From Xylographa opegraphella (Eukaryota), in NCBI GenBank assembly GCA_022813865.1, contig JALDZX010000005.1, forward strand, positions 434,001 to 498,000: 64,000 nucleotides of DNA, written 5' to 3'. This document shows positions 24,831-36,695 of the stretch, piece after piece (positions within the stretch are counted from its first letter, which is position 1; each line of letters begins with the position of its first letter). The notes below the pieces were generated by a model that did no database searches, had not been told where the DNA came from, and saw nothing but the letters and a program-made list of their open reading frames with translations. A program made the position numbers and the translations under genes.

Positions 24831-27545
24831 TCAATCCAAAGCCTGCGTGATCCACCCCACAAACCCCTCCAGCCCTACACTCCCCTCCGCCCCACTCCCC
24901 GGCATGACAAGCACTTGCGTCCCGATCTCTATCCACTCCCGACACGTCACGAAGCGGAACGCGACCTCGATGAGCTTGTTCCTCAGGTGAGGCTGCGGGG
25001 TCGAAGCAGCAGCGCCATTGCTACGGCTTTCATCGAATCCGAAAATATCCTCGACGTCTTGATTGTCTTGAGCTTCCGGTCCCAAACCTCCCTCGACGGC
25101 TTCGGCAGCCGCCTCGACGGAGATGAGTTTGGCCGATGCGCGAATGCTGGCAATGTAGGTACTAAAAAGCTGTCCAGGCTCCATGAATGAATAGTCTACA
25201 ATGTCGAAAAGGGCCTTGAAAGCGTTGCAAGCTTGGAGAGAGTCGTCGCGCTGCCCTCGAGCGGTGCGGGCTAGCACCATACCTTTGCGGGGCTTCGATG
25301 AAACGAGAGTGGTTGCTTGCTCGAACTCGATGCCAATGGTACCCACCTGCCCGGCCGACAATTTGCGGACGGGTAGGCGGAGGTTGCGTATACTGACGAC
25401 TCGGACGGGTTTCCATTCTCCATGTGACGAAGTACTACGATGCTCACGAAGTTCCTCGTTTGAATAGGCGCTAGAAAGCTGGCTTTCTCGCATCCAGGCA
25501 GCATTGAATGACCGAGGACTACCACTAGCTTGCCCAGGGAAGGACGATGCTCGTTGCACATCCATCCTCGAGTTATCATAAGCCGTGTCGACAGTGAACG
25601 GACCGATGTAGAGTTGATCACCGATGGAGAGGTTTCCACACCGTAGGTAGCCGCTGAGGACGAACGTAGACTCGATGGACAGTAGGTTCTCATTCGCTGG
25701 GACAGTAACAGCATGATCGGGCTTGATGAAGACCTCGTCTACATGAAAAATTGTTGCTGGACGGACATCCACATTGTAGCCTTCGGTATCGATGTGGAAG
25801 GGCTTCCTTTCCGGTCGAACGACGGGGAGATGCTTCAAGAGTGAATGCAATTGTCCAATACCACTGCCAGTGACGGCGCTTGTGATTACGATTGGCACTA
25901 ACCTGCTGGTGTCTCTACAAAGCATTGCCTTGACTTCTTCTTCGTCAGCACGCTGAAGCGTTTGAAGATCAAACTCCGGAACGCGTAACGAGGAAGGAGT
26001 CAGCAGGTAGGGTTGACGGCCTGCAGCTTTGACTGTAGACAACACTCTTGCAAGCATCTGCCTCAGACCTGCTTTAGTCGCCAGGTCATATTTGGTAATG
26101 ATCACAACCAAGGACAACTCCAGCTTGAGACATAAATCAAGGTGTGCTTTCGACAAGTCAACCCCCACGCCGATTGGACCAAGTACCTCCACCGCGGAGG
26201 CCGTGGAGCCAGTCTTACCACTCGTGTCCTCACTGTCATCTGCAGCAATACAACATAAAGTCCAATGAGGCGCCCAGGAAACCAAGCCACGAACTGTGGT
26301 GCGTCTGTATCGCGGATGCCCCGCCGAATCGGTCAAGAACACGAGCCTGCCACTTTCTGCTGAATTATGTATATCGTTCCAGGACGAAACATTCCCATAG
26401 CCGTAGTTCACTACGTCTGGTGTTTGCTCTACTTCGTCTGTATCAGAAGAAGCGACTCGATAGCCTAACAGCTCAAGAGCAACAGAACTTGTCACACCCG
26501 AGGCTATTTCGTGCCGATGCTTGAGTAGACTTAGTCTGCTTTTCCCGCGGCCATTGTCCAGAGTGGACGTGGATAATGTTCCCAGTAATGAGGACTTACC
26601 CGAAGTGGTGCTGCCTGTGAGAGAAACACGAAGCTGTTCCGTTTGCGATTCTTCTTCAGCGTAAGCAGCTGGACCTTCACGAGAAGTGCTTGCTAGTGGA
26701 AGTCTCCCATTCGTGAGGGGTGAATCGGTTAATGGATATTGCTCATAAGTATGCGTGTCTGGGAGGACATGGACTTCTGCGACCAAAAGCTTCTCCCTGC
26801 TATTTCGTAGTGGCATCGCTTTAAGGCCTAATATCGAGGGCGACATCTCGCAGTCGCCAACGACTACAGTCCGCAGAATCTCAACGCGGCAGCCCAAACT
26901 AGCGGCCATTGCTCGGAGGTTTATCAAACTCTCTTCTAATTCGTCTTTGGTAATCCCAACAAAGGTTCCATCGTCAGACACGCCAATCTCGTATAGCGCA
27001 CCACGACTCTCTTCCAGTCCCGGGAGTAGCCTGCCAGGTCGCGGAGGTGTTCCTGATTTCGAAGCCGCCTCGGGCAGAACAGGTAAAACGAGATTGGCAG
27101 TAGAGGACGAGTGATATGGAGAAGACTGCTGAAGTCGCCACAGGAGTTGAGTAGTGAGCTGCTGCAGTCTATTTTGCCGAGATTGGGCTGTCGGTGGAGG
27201 CACAGGAGTATTTGGTTCTGGTCGCAACGGTATGGGAGACTCAGAACGGGAGATCTTCGACCGCGACTGATACGAACCAGAGACATATCGTCCACCTGAT
27301 TGGGAGGAGAATGACCGTCGTGGTCTCAGGAGCAGATGTAGCTTGTATTCCGTTGGCCCCTCTTGTGGTTCTGCTTCCAGCTTCGTGATGCCACAATCTG
27401 CTAACAGAACCGGGTGGGGGCTTACGAGCCCCCCTAGACGAAGTTCGCTCGTTGAAGAATCATGGCGAAGGGCCGAGTTCGCAGACGTAGACCACGGGGA
27501 CGAGACTCTTGGTGGATCAGGATCGTAGGTGAAGACCGAGGCCAT
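24831..27545 (-). CDS. GTPBP1/GTPBP2-like translational GTPase (intronless, 904 aa)
   Basis: EPQEGPTEYK and GALYEIGVSDDG N-terminal motifs; G1 GSTTSGKSS, LDNGRGKSRL..HRHEIASGVTSS, G3 DSAGH, G4 TKYD and SAVTGSGI; C-terminal beta-barrels. Confidence 0.9.
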   Translation of the reverse strand: MASVFTYDPDPPRVSSPWSTSANSALRHDSSTSELRLGGLVSPHPVLLADCGITKLEAEPQEGPTEYKLHLLLRPRRSFSSQSGGRYVSGSYQSRSKISRSESPIPLRPEPNTPVPPPTAQSRQNRLQQLTTQLLWRLQQSSPYHSSSTANLVLPVLPEAASKSGTPPRPGRLLPGLEESRGALYEIGVSDDGTFVGITKDELEESLINLRAMAASLGCRVEILRTVVVGDCEMSPSILGLKAMPLRNSREKLLVAEVHVLPDTHTYEQYPLTDSPLTNGRLPLASTSREGPAAYAEEESQTEQLRVSLTGSTTSGKSSLLGTLSTSTLDNGRGKSRLSLLKHRHEIASGVTSSVALELLGYRVASSDTDEVEQTPDVVNYGYGNVSSWNDIHNSAESGRLVFLTDSAGHPRYRRTTVRGLVSWAPHWTLCCIAADDSEDTSGKTGSTASAVEVLGPIGVGVDLSKAHLDLCLKLELSLVVIITKYDLATKAGLRQMLARVLSTVKAAGRQPYLLTPSSLRVPEFDLQTLQRADEEEVKAMLCRDTSRLVPIVITSAVTGSGIGQLHSLLKHLPVVRPERKPFHIDTEGYNVDVRPATIFHVDEVFIKPDHAVTVPANENLLSIESTFVLSGYLRCGNLSIGDQLYIGPFTVDTAYDNSRMDVQRASSFPGQASGSPRSFNAAWMRESQLSSAYSNEELREHRSTSSHGEWKPVRVVSIRNLRLPVRKLSAGQVGTIGIEFEQATTLVSSKPRKGMVLARTARGQRDDSLQACNAFKALFDIVDYSFMEPGQLFSTYIASIRASAKLISVEAAAEAVEGGLGPEAQDNQDVEDIFGFDESRSNGAAASTPQPHLRNKLIEVAFRFVTCREWIEIGTQVLVMPGSGAEGSVGLEGFVGWITQALD

Positions 27546-28659
27546 TCTAGACAGCCGGTTTGGTTATCACTATTGCGGCAACAAGCTTAAGGTGTTCGAG
27601 CTATAGAGTCTCGATGCCGCTGGTGTATTCTGAAATGTGTTTGGTCTGATAATGACCGTGTATTTGTGTGGGAGTAGTGTATTCGAAAGAGCTCGGCCAG
27701 AGAAGGAAACATCTTGAAGGACTTTGATGGCAGACTACTATGCAGAGAGAGAGAGAGCTGGGTAGGATTGAGCCACAAAGGACGAAGAATTCACAGCATC
27801 GGCAACATTGTAGACAGCATGATGGAATGTCGTCTTGGTGGTGGTGCTTTGGTGGGTTTGGTGACTCGAATACCGAGATCCTGGTAGCAACTCGGCAACT
27901 TCACGCTAGAGGCATTTAGGTTACTTACCTTAGTGTCTCGTAAGGGGGGCTTCTAGCAGGCGCAGGCCAGAAGCTAGCGTACAGTTTCGCCACAGGGAGA
28001 TCCCGCACAACCTTGTATCAGATTTATGGATGGGCAGCTCGGCGAGATCATCGGACTCCATGCGCCTCAAACGGCATGCGTTGCGAGCTGCAGATCTCCC
28101 ACGACCAACACGACCTCCGAGGTTGCAACCCTCGCGAGGCTGACTGCCCAGGCTTCGAGTGGCGGCATTTCGCTTCTACACGCTGCAACACGGTCACGCA
28201 ACTTGTACAATGCTATGCCGTCCCAGGCAACTGTTTCGGCGCGCGGATAGACCCGTTGCTTTGTGAACCTGGTCGAAGCAGCTACTTACTGTATACGCTT
28301 GCCATGCTGCGACTCCTCTTCGCACCCCATGCCTGGCCCCATCATCCCTGACAACTCCCAAAAATAGAGAACGACCAGCGATATCCTAGCCGCTATCGGC
28401 AGTGCAGTATTGTATTGGTCAATCAATACCTATGCAAATGCAGGAGACGGGCTTTCTGCCGTTGAGAAACTTATGCCGTGTAGTAACGCCCGGGCCCTGG
28501 TGCTCTCGTCTGTCCCATGCGATGCTCCGTCCCAAAGTACCTTTCAGATGCCGTGAGTCTCGTGTACTCGTATGTCCCCAGTAGTCTATGCTCCCAAAAG
28601 TACATTGCCCAGTCAAAACCAAAAAAAAAAAAAAAAACCAACACAAACGCGCGAGCCGA

Positions 28660-30004
28660 TTAAGAATCAGATGGTCTCCTTGGTTTACATTTCCCCTGTT
28701 CCATATGTCCATTTCGAGCGGTGGTACGGGTAAATTCGGCGCCGCAGTTCGGACAGTAGGACTTTGCAGCGCTCCCTGATTTTTCACGTTGATGACGGAG
28801 CAGGTTGCTGAACGTGGAAAATTCTCTCCCATTGCAGCCATGATCGAAGCATTGCGGTTTTGCTCTGCGGTCTAGAACGATTGGTTCAGGATGCGGAGAA
28901 ATCGTCAGAGGGCTCCGCCTGCTATCGTAAGACAAATTGCTTGGAACCGGTAAAGTCCTGAGAACGCGGTAAGCCTACAGATTACGGTCGGAAGCGCGAA
29001 TGCTTACTGTTGTGTCTGATATGGATTGATGGTGGGAAGGTGATAGCTTGGCTCTGGATGACGAAGGCCGTACGAGCTGGACGTCCTGCGATAGAGAGAT
29101 CAGTGTGAGTTCCTGCCGCGAGCGAGGCAAAATCTACCCCAAGACTATATCGCTATAGCCACTGCGGCTCGAGGCGTAGGATTGGCTGGAATACGTTCGC
29201 TCGGTGGGGCCGCTCACGTACGCTGACATGTTTGAGGGAGCTGCAGGAGAAAAGTCAACCGAACCGCCCGTGACCGAAGTGCTTCCCAAGCCCACGTCCA
29301 AGATGCTCGGCAATCTCGTCTTTCGAAGACGGAGCTTGGATTGACGACGATTCTCTTGCGAGTTTCGACTCCGTTGCCGAGCAATCTCACGTTCCTCCAC
29401 ACGACGGGAGTCCACTCTCCAGTCTGATGAGGTACGGGGCGGAAATGAAGTTGACATACTTCGTAGAGTTGACCCTTGGTTATTGTAATAGTCTAGCAGG
29501 CGTTAGATGTGGAGAACATAAGCGCGCATTCGGATTGGCCCACCTGACATAGAATCAAGGGAGGGCACAGCGGAAGTGCTAGACATTGGCTGAATATAGG
29601 AATAGGTACTACAAACGTTTAATAACCTTCGGCGTAGACGGTAGTTCTGCTCGGTACCTCATCTCTGGACCAGACATGGCCGTGGGTTGCGAAGGAAGGA
29701 TTGAGGTCGAATAGAGGGATGTGCTGGACCGAAGCTGAGGATTCGGGGAGGAGCCGAGCGCAAAGTTGCTGGATTCGTAGGTCGGCTGTAGATACGTCGC
29801 CCCTGGATCGACAGCAGCGTATGAAGGACGTCGATGCTGAAATGATGGAGCCTGATAAGCCGATAGTGAATTGGAATACTGGGAGCTGCCCGCACTTGGA
29901 TGTAGAGCCAGGCTCTGAAATGAAGCTTCTGTCACCGCGAGATTGAAATCGTCGGCATGCCTCGGTGGGCGTGAGCGACTTCTGCGACGGCAAGATCCTG
30001 ACAT
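28660..30004 (-). CDS. Fungal zinc-finger transcription factor with C-terminal fingers (multi-exon; 5' structure uncertain)
   Basis: Last exon encodes [58 protein letters not shown]. Upstream Ser/Pro-rich ORF pieces are separated by several GT..AG intron candidates. Confidence 0.75.
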
Positions 30005-32930
30005 GATGAGAACGGACGGATGACAAATGAAAAGGAGGTGAATTGCAATAACATACGAAAGGAAACTGATGCCTGATCCTGATCGTCAAGGCTATCTCCG
30101 TTGACTCATGCTATATACCTTTGGATACCAAATGAGGATCTCTCTTGAAGAGCAACGTTTGTCGGACTCTAGGATTATACTGGCCGAGAGTAACTTGGAG
30201 CTCTCCGCCACACTGAAGGGGCAATGGACCTTTCAAATATCGAAGGAAGTGACACCCATGTATTTGGTCCGGAGTTCATTGGTCAGCCCTCTTTTGATGG
30301 TGCCTTTTGGAAAATAACGGCGTGGTCAGGGATCCGAATCCTTCGGCCCCTTCAGGATTCCGACCGGTGTAGACTTGGGACCACACCAACAAGCATGGCA
30401 GTCTTACCGGGGAAACAAGACGGGCACGTCCAAAACGCCAGAACGGAGGGGTTTGCCTCCGTCAACCATTACGAGTTGGGGGTCGTCCACGCCTAGAGAA
30501 AGGTCGAGAAAGCCGTACATGGCTTAGCATCAGGAATTGTCCCATGTCCTGAAACAGAGATTGCGGACGTGGGAACGGTGACAGGCACACGTGGAGGGGG
30601 AGACGAATCATCATCATCGCGGGCCAGAGAAGCTGCTTACCTGATGGTCATGGGCTCGGGGGCAGACGGCTCGCACCTTCGAGCATGGCCGACGCCGAGG
30701 ACGACTCGAGATCGGAAGCGTTTATGTTGCCCTCGGCGGGGGGGGGAAGGGGTGGGTGGGTGGAGATGACTGCATTGCGCAAGCTTCGATGAAAATAGCG
30801 GAACGAAATGACTGGCCGTGAGCACAACGCGCACCGCTCGAGTCGAATGGCCGCGTTGGTGTGTCCGCATATCGCGTCCTCAAACAAACCACAGCCCTGG
30901 GTGGTTGTTACGGCGTAGGGCGCAAGACGCAGCTTTTCGAGAGTCAGAGGGGGGACGCTCCCTTGCGGCAGGACAGCTTGCGGCTGAACGGTCCACAGTC
31001 ATCATGCGCACCTTGCGAGGCCGAGCCGGTCGATGGTCGAGATGTTCCTTCATCTGCTTTGGAAGTCCAGGCTGCTCGCGCTCGTTCGCAAAGAAGGTCA
31101 GAACATGAGTTGAGTGGCTTGGACGAGCACTGGATTCGCCTTCGGCTCGGCTAAAAGGAGGTTCAGGCTACCGCGTGTATGGTGCGGACGGGCGTGTTTC
31201 TACGTCCGTAGGACTACTCTATCCTCCGCGCACTCAACCGGCCCCTGTCTATTGAGAAACCAGAGTGGTCATCAATCGAGGTGATCAACAGTCCTGACAA
31301 AGGGTGTTCCCGACTGCGAACGGAACGTCCGACCTCTGACCAGACCACCAGTCGTCGGCGAAAAAACAAGTCTTCCACGATCGACCACGATCAACCACGA
31401 ATGCAGCTCTACCCAGTACAAGGACGCCCGCTGCACAACGTATAGGCCTCCGGTCAACGGGGAGTGGTCAACTATGTATGTAGAAGTACGCAAGCCTGGA
31501 TGCAGTGCATGGCTTTGTAGCCACGCTGGACAGCATGAGCCAGCGGGGGTCGACGTATCGTTCCTTACCAGGCGGTGTAGCGCGCTTTTGAGGACTGCCC
31601 CTCTGTGAGTGGCAACGAGAGATGGCAGTCAAGAGAGCCTGCGGATAGCAGCCCTACAGCTATTGGACATGCTTTGTATCTCGTTACTACGTAGTACCTC
31701 GCTGCCTACACGCTTTGTAGAAAGGAGGTCTCTCACACCTTGCACACGGGTAATCCGGACAGCGTACGCCGTGAGCCCGCGGTCGGGGGTACTTGGGGCC
31801 CGGTATGCAGACTCGGACGCTTATACACCCACATGTTGTGTCACCGTCCGAGCATCTCATCAGGATAGCCCTGCAGCCGGGAACGACACCCAAGAGCAGC
31901 TTGCTGGGCGTCACCTGACCGGTGTCTGATGTGTGCACAGACGACTCCGTGGGGGTTGCCGTCGTGGAGGCGCCGTCTTACTTCTGACCATGCAGTGCAG
32001 CATATGTCAGGCTGCCCGCAGGCTGTATCTCCAGGTGCCCTCGAACACCAGATCGACCACCAAATTTATGCATATTTCCGGCCTAACTCCGTAACTCCGG
32101 GTGACCATTAACCACTATGGTACCTAGTTAGCTGAACGGGGGGGGTTGGTGGCCCGGAAGCGGCGGAAAGGCTGCGGTGAGCGGCAGGCGGCCTGATTTC
32201 ACCCATCTCCTCGATAGAGATTGGCGGATCGACAGTTCCCCCAGGCGTTTGCGTGGAGACGGGCCAGGTTTGGATCGTGAGGAGGGATTGGGTCAGGCAG
32301 GGAGGGAGCTGTTCCCTGCCAGACAAGGCTCATGCAGCGTGCGGGCCATTAATGCACGTGGCACGTCACTGGTCCAGCCCACGGCGTAAAGCAAGGCAGC
32401 CTTACAAATCAGAAGGAGTGATACCGCGTACCATAGAACGTAGCGCCAGTCCCGTCACTCCACGAGCAGGCGGTTCCGCTTCGCTCGAGGATTGGGCGGC
32501 CTTGAATCCTCCGCCGCGTGGGATAAGCACTGCGAGCGCCGAGCGCTGCATGGGAATGTGGTGGGAAGGAGGTGGAGGAGGGAAGGAAGGAAACAAGAGA
32601 GCCGTTCCGGCGACCAAAACGTTCGGACGATGCAGCCCTGTGGCACGCTTAAATGAACGTCGATTCCATGGTTCAGCTCCCGGCCCCAGAGGCGAGGATG
32701 CGCATCCTAGCGCTTACGGCTCCACCCGCCTCACCGCACTTCTGCCACGCCGACCACCACTACGGTCCATTGTGATTATGATTCTTATGATGGCGCGGAG
32801 AGGATAACTTTGGCGCTGTTACCTCGGGGGCTGGGACAGTCACCGCTACCTTACTGCGGTATTAGAACTCGTTCGTCTCCATGATGGCGACCAAACGCGA
32901 TCGTCAGACGCGTATGTAGTGCATGGGAAC

Positions 32931-32957
32931 TACCTTAGGTACCTTACCTTACCTTAG
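32931..32957. repeat. Short TACCT tandem array
   Basis: TACCTTAGGTACCTTACCTTACCTTAG seen directly. Confidence 0.8.
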
Positions 32958-35039
32958 TATGTCTTCGCTACCGCCCTAAGGGGCAGATGGTCTTGCTGGC
33001 GACATTATTGCAGGCCGACCCTATTCCCGAACGGGGTGTTGTTGCGTGGACCGCGGGCGGCATCACATTCTCAAATTCTGAACTGACCTTTTACCGCTTC
33101 CAATCAATAATGTTCAGATCGACTGAGTTCATGGTCAACCCTGTCCCCGGTTTGTCGGCGATGCCGGTACCACACTGCATATGCTGCGTGATGCCTCCCA
33201 AAGGTCCAGGCCAACGTGCTTTCGATTTTGGAAACACCGTCTATGACACCATAGCTGAGAAATGACAGGCAAGCTAGCTTCCCTTTGGGGTGTCTGGGAG
33301 ATTGGGTTGTGGAGATTGGTGACACCCACTGGCTACAAACATGATCAAAGATTCACCTCTTTCGAGCGCCAATCCACTTCGAAACCGTCATTTCTTTTCG
33401 TTGCCTCCTCCTGCTCATTATGGTGTCCGTGACGGTAAGTCCACCTTTCGCCTCCGTGGTGCCTGAGTATCTTGGGACGGCCGAGCCGATTTTGCGGGGA
33501 TGAACCCAACTCACAAACATGGAGGAGGATCTGCCGCAGTGAAGCGGGTCGGTCAGGCTCCTGAAATACCGAGGACCGGAGTTCGGAGTCCGGCATCGAT
33601 ACCGAACATGATATTCATCACACCCTGATCACGCGCGGGCAGCACAGACCTGCTTTTGTGCTCATTTCTGCTACTCCTCGCCATAACAAATTCCTCGGAT
33701 CCCATTGCGTTGAAGAAGGGCCACAATCGATGTAATGTCGACTTTGAGCTCGGGCTTTCGAAAGAGTGCCGGCTGAGTTGGTCACGCAACCTGTTCAGCC
33801 GGACCGCCATCAACAGCTACATGGTTTGAGCGATAGTGGAATGATGGATGCGGAAGTCAGGATTCGGCGTCCATGATCTTAAATCCGGAGACGAAACTAG
33901 CTGCAGAACGACTGGCACGGAGGAACGTCGAAGGAACAAATCTCCGTGGCGGGAGTCCATACTCTCTTGTATCACATATATCGTGATTTCAAACTACGAT
34001 ACGATGAATATAAACAGAATCGAAGGCACGCTTGATAATCATAACAGCAGTATGCTCAACTCATGTGGAGCTGTAGGACTGCCAAGAATCCGTTCTGCTG
34101 TAGTAATAAAATCCCGGAAATAAGTTGGACGTTCGAAGACAATAGCGCATGAAAATGAGCCTCAGAGTGTGAATTCATTACTACAATCGATAGGCCGTTA
34201 TTCCGAATCTGCCACGACAGTGAATGACTCGGAAAGATAATCAGTATTCGTTCATGTACGGAATTACACAGCTTTAACCTTTCCTTATGTTTTTCCTTAT
34301 GTTGTGGGACAGCAATATGTCCTCAAAAAAAGGCCCGGAGCCATTCTAAAGCGAATGAAGGCATTCAGGGAATTCTAGCAAACCTTGGAGAAACCCCATG
34401 ATGAGCTTCGAGGAGCTTGCCACACGAGCCTGCTGCATGACTCGCGTGTCGACGCTCCTTCTGCGGCATCATTAGGGTGTGGCTGACGAAGGACAGGACA
34501 ATATGGAAGGTAATGTAAGGTAGTACTTTACTAGCACGACAAGGCTGAGTAATCCCTGCCGTCGACGTTAGGCGAGCGTGTCAACGTGTTGTCCATCCTC
34601 TTAGTGCCTCTCCACCTTCAGCTCGTTCCATCGTGTACCCTCATAGCCAGACTCGCCGGATTCGAAGACACCCTGACTCCTTGCATCGCCTTGCAGCTGA
34701 AGATCTTGATCCTATCGGTCGCCTGACCTTGCCGGCCATTCTGCAGGTTAGACCCAGGGATCGCCGCCAGCTGGGCTCGAAGGTATCATTCTCCGGCGCT
34801 TGAGGCATATAGGATCGTGAGTGGGAGAACTGTGCCTGGCAGCTGGAAAGCCCGGCTCTATTGCCAAGCCCAACAGCCCAGACGCGTTCGAGCTTCGACC
34901 CTCGAGCATCAAACCACTCTTCGATCCTCGCGCTGCCGGTGGAAAGCGGCGCCAGCTTTGGGCCACCAAAGGGCGCAATCGCCGGGTTTCAAGGCCCTCG
35001 ACAAACCCTGCATATCAAGTTGCACAATCCACGTCGGCC

Positions 35040-35507
35040 ATGGCTACCTTCTTCACCGATCTATTCCAGTCGATCTTCACCCCCGGTCCAACACCCAGCC
35101 TGCTGATTGCCACGAACGTCGCCTTCGCAGCACTACAGTCGGTCCTGCTCGCGCTACTGATCGCAACGTACAGTGTCCACTTCGTCATCCTCTCCTTCCT
35201 CTCTGCGGGGCTGTGGTGGGCCATCAACTGGTTCGCTGCCGAGATCAAGGCCAACCAAGAGAAAGAGAAGGCCGAGGCGCAAGGAGAGGAAAAGAAGGAC
35301 CAAGGCAGCCCGTCGGTGGACGATAGCGGAACGGAGACCGAGGACGCGGTGGAGGCGGTGAAGAAAGGCGGACAGTTCGGCAGCTCCGAAGGTGGCCTGA
35401 GGCCGATGCCCATGGACGATTTGCTCCGGAAGCGACGCAGCCTGGGAGAGGTATCCGGCACCGACAGCGAATGGGACAAGGTGGAGAACGAGGGCGACGA
35501 CAACTAG
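35040..35507 (+). CDS. PKR1: ER V-ATPase assembly factor Pkr1
   Basis: MATFFTDLFQSIFTPGPTPSLLIATNVAF...SVHFVILSFLSAGLWWAINWFAAE is the Pkr1 family signature; charged tail ending STDSEW-like GTDSEWDKV. Confidence 0.9.
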   Translation: MATFFTDLFQSIFTPGPTPSLLIATNVAFAALQSVLLALLIATYSVHFVILSFLSAGLWWAINWFAAEIKANQEKEKAEAQGEEKKDQGSPSVDDSGTETEDAVEAVKKGGQFGSSEGGLRPMPMDDLLRKRRSLGEVSGTDSEWDKVENEGDDN

Positions 35508-36695
35508 GGCGGCGCTGTCTCTCGGCAATCATTCGGAATGCGCCGCATTATGTGAGATGAGTGGAAATGTGGTCCATGAGCATTATCGGGTTCGATCGCA
35601 GCGTATCCTGTTCACAACGCATTTTTTTTGGCGTCCGACTTCTCGTACGAGTACTGCCTTCTTGGGGTGTCGGCGTTTGGGGAAGATCGAAGATAAAGCT
35701 ATACCCCATATAGGTAGACTTTTCCTGTTCACAATGGCCGCTGGAAGCTGCTTTCTACAGTTCTTCGCTCCCCCATGTCCGAATGCTGTCTCTGTGTACC
35801 TGATATCACGTGCCTCTGCATCAGAAGTCTCGGCTATACACCAATTTCCCCACGTGTGTATGCGCCGGAGTAATCACCATCATGCAGCGGGCCGCTCGAG
35901 CTGCGACTTCTACTTCCCACCCATATCCCCTCTCCCACAACTACCCCACTGACGAAACCAGCCATCCTACCACATCTCCCCTCGCCTACCCATCACCAGA
36001 CACCCTTCTCCCTCCCCACCACCTCTTCCTCCTCTTCCTCCTCTCCCCTCCTCTTCCCATCCCATCTCACTCCCAGCCTACCAGACCCCCTACTCTACCC
36101 CCCCCCATCCCCCCCCCAAAAAACCCACCAACCCCAAACCCAACCCCCCCATCCACACAATAACAAAGCGAGGACCCCTACATTCATAGCTCCTGGTCTC
36201 AGAGGAGAGGAGGAGCAGACTGAAAGGTACCTACCTACCGAGGTAGCACTCCAGACTAACGTAGGTAGATCACATACCGTACCCTACGGCGGGAGCGTAA
36301 TCGCGGAACGTCATCGCGGAGACGATTGACACCACGACTCACAGCGTATTCGCCACATGGCGTCGAGCGCGGGGGGCAGTGGGAGTGGCAGTTGAGCGGG
36401 TGGGTGGCAAGTCAACACGCTCCGTTCTCGGACGGAGAAAGGGCGCACGGAGAGGGATGAGCGGGTCCGGGGGGAGGGGATGCTCCGCACGTCTGTCTAC
36501 GCGTCGCTGAATTCGAAGAAGCAATGCCGGACGGGGCAGAGTCAATTAGCCAAGAGCCATCGACAGCGACGACGTGGTTGGTCTAAGCCGGTATGATTAA
36601 TGCATTTGCTTTGGCTGCTAATACTATATCCTGAAATGCCTCTCGATATGTAAGCCGCGCCGACCCCGGGGCCCCACAGCCAGCCAGCCAACCAT

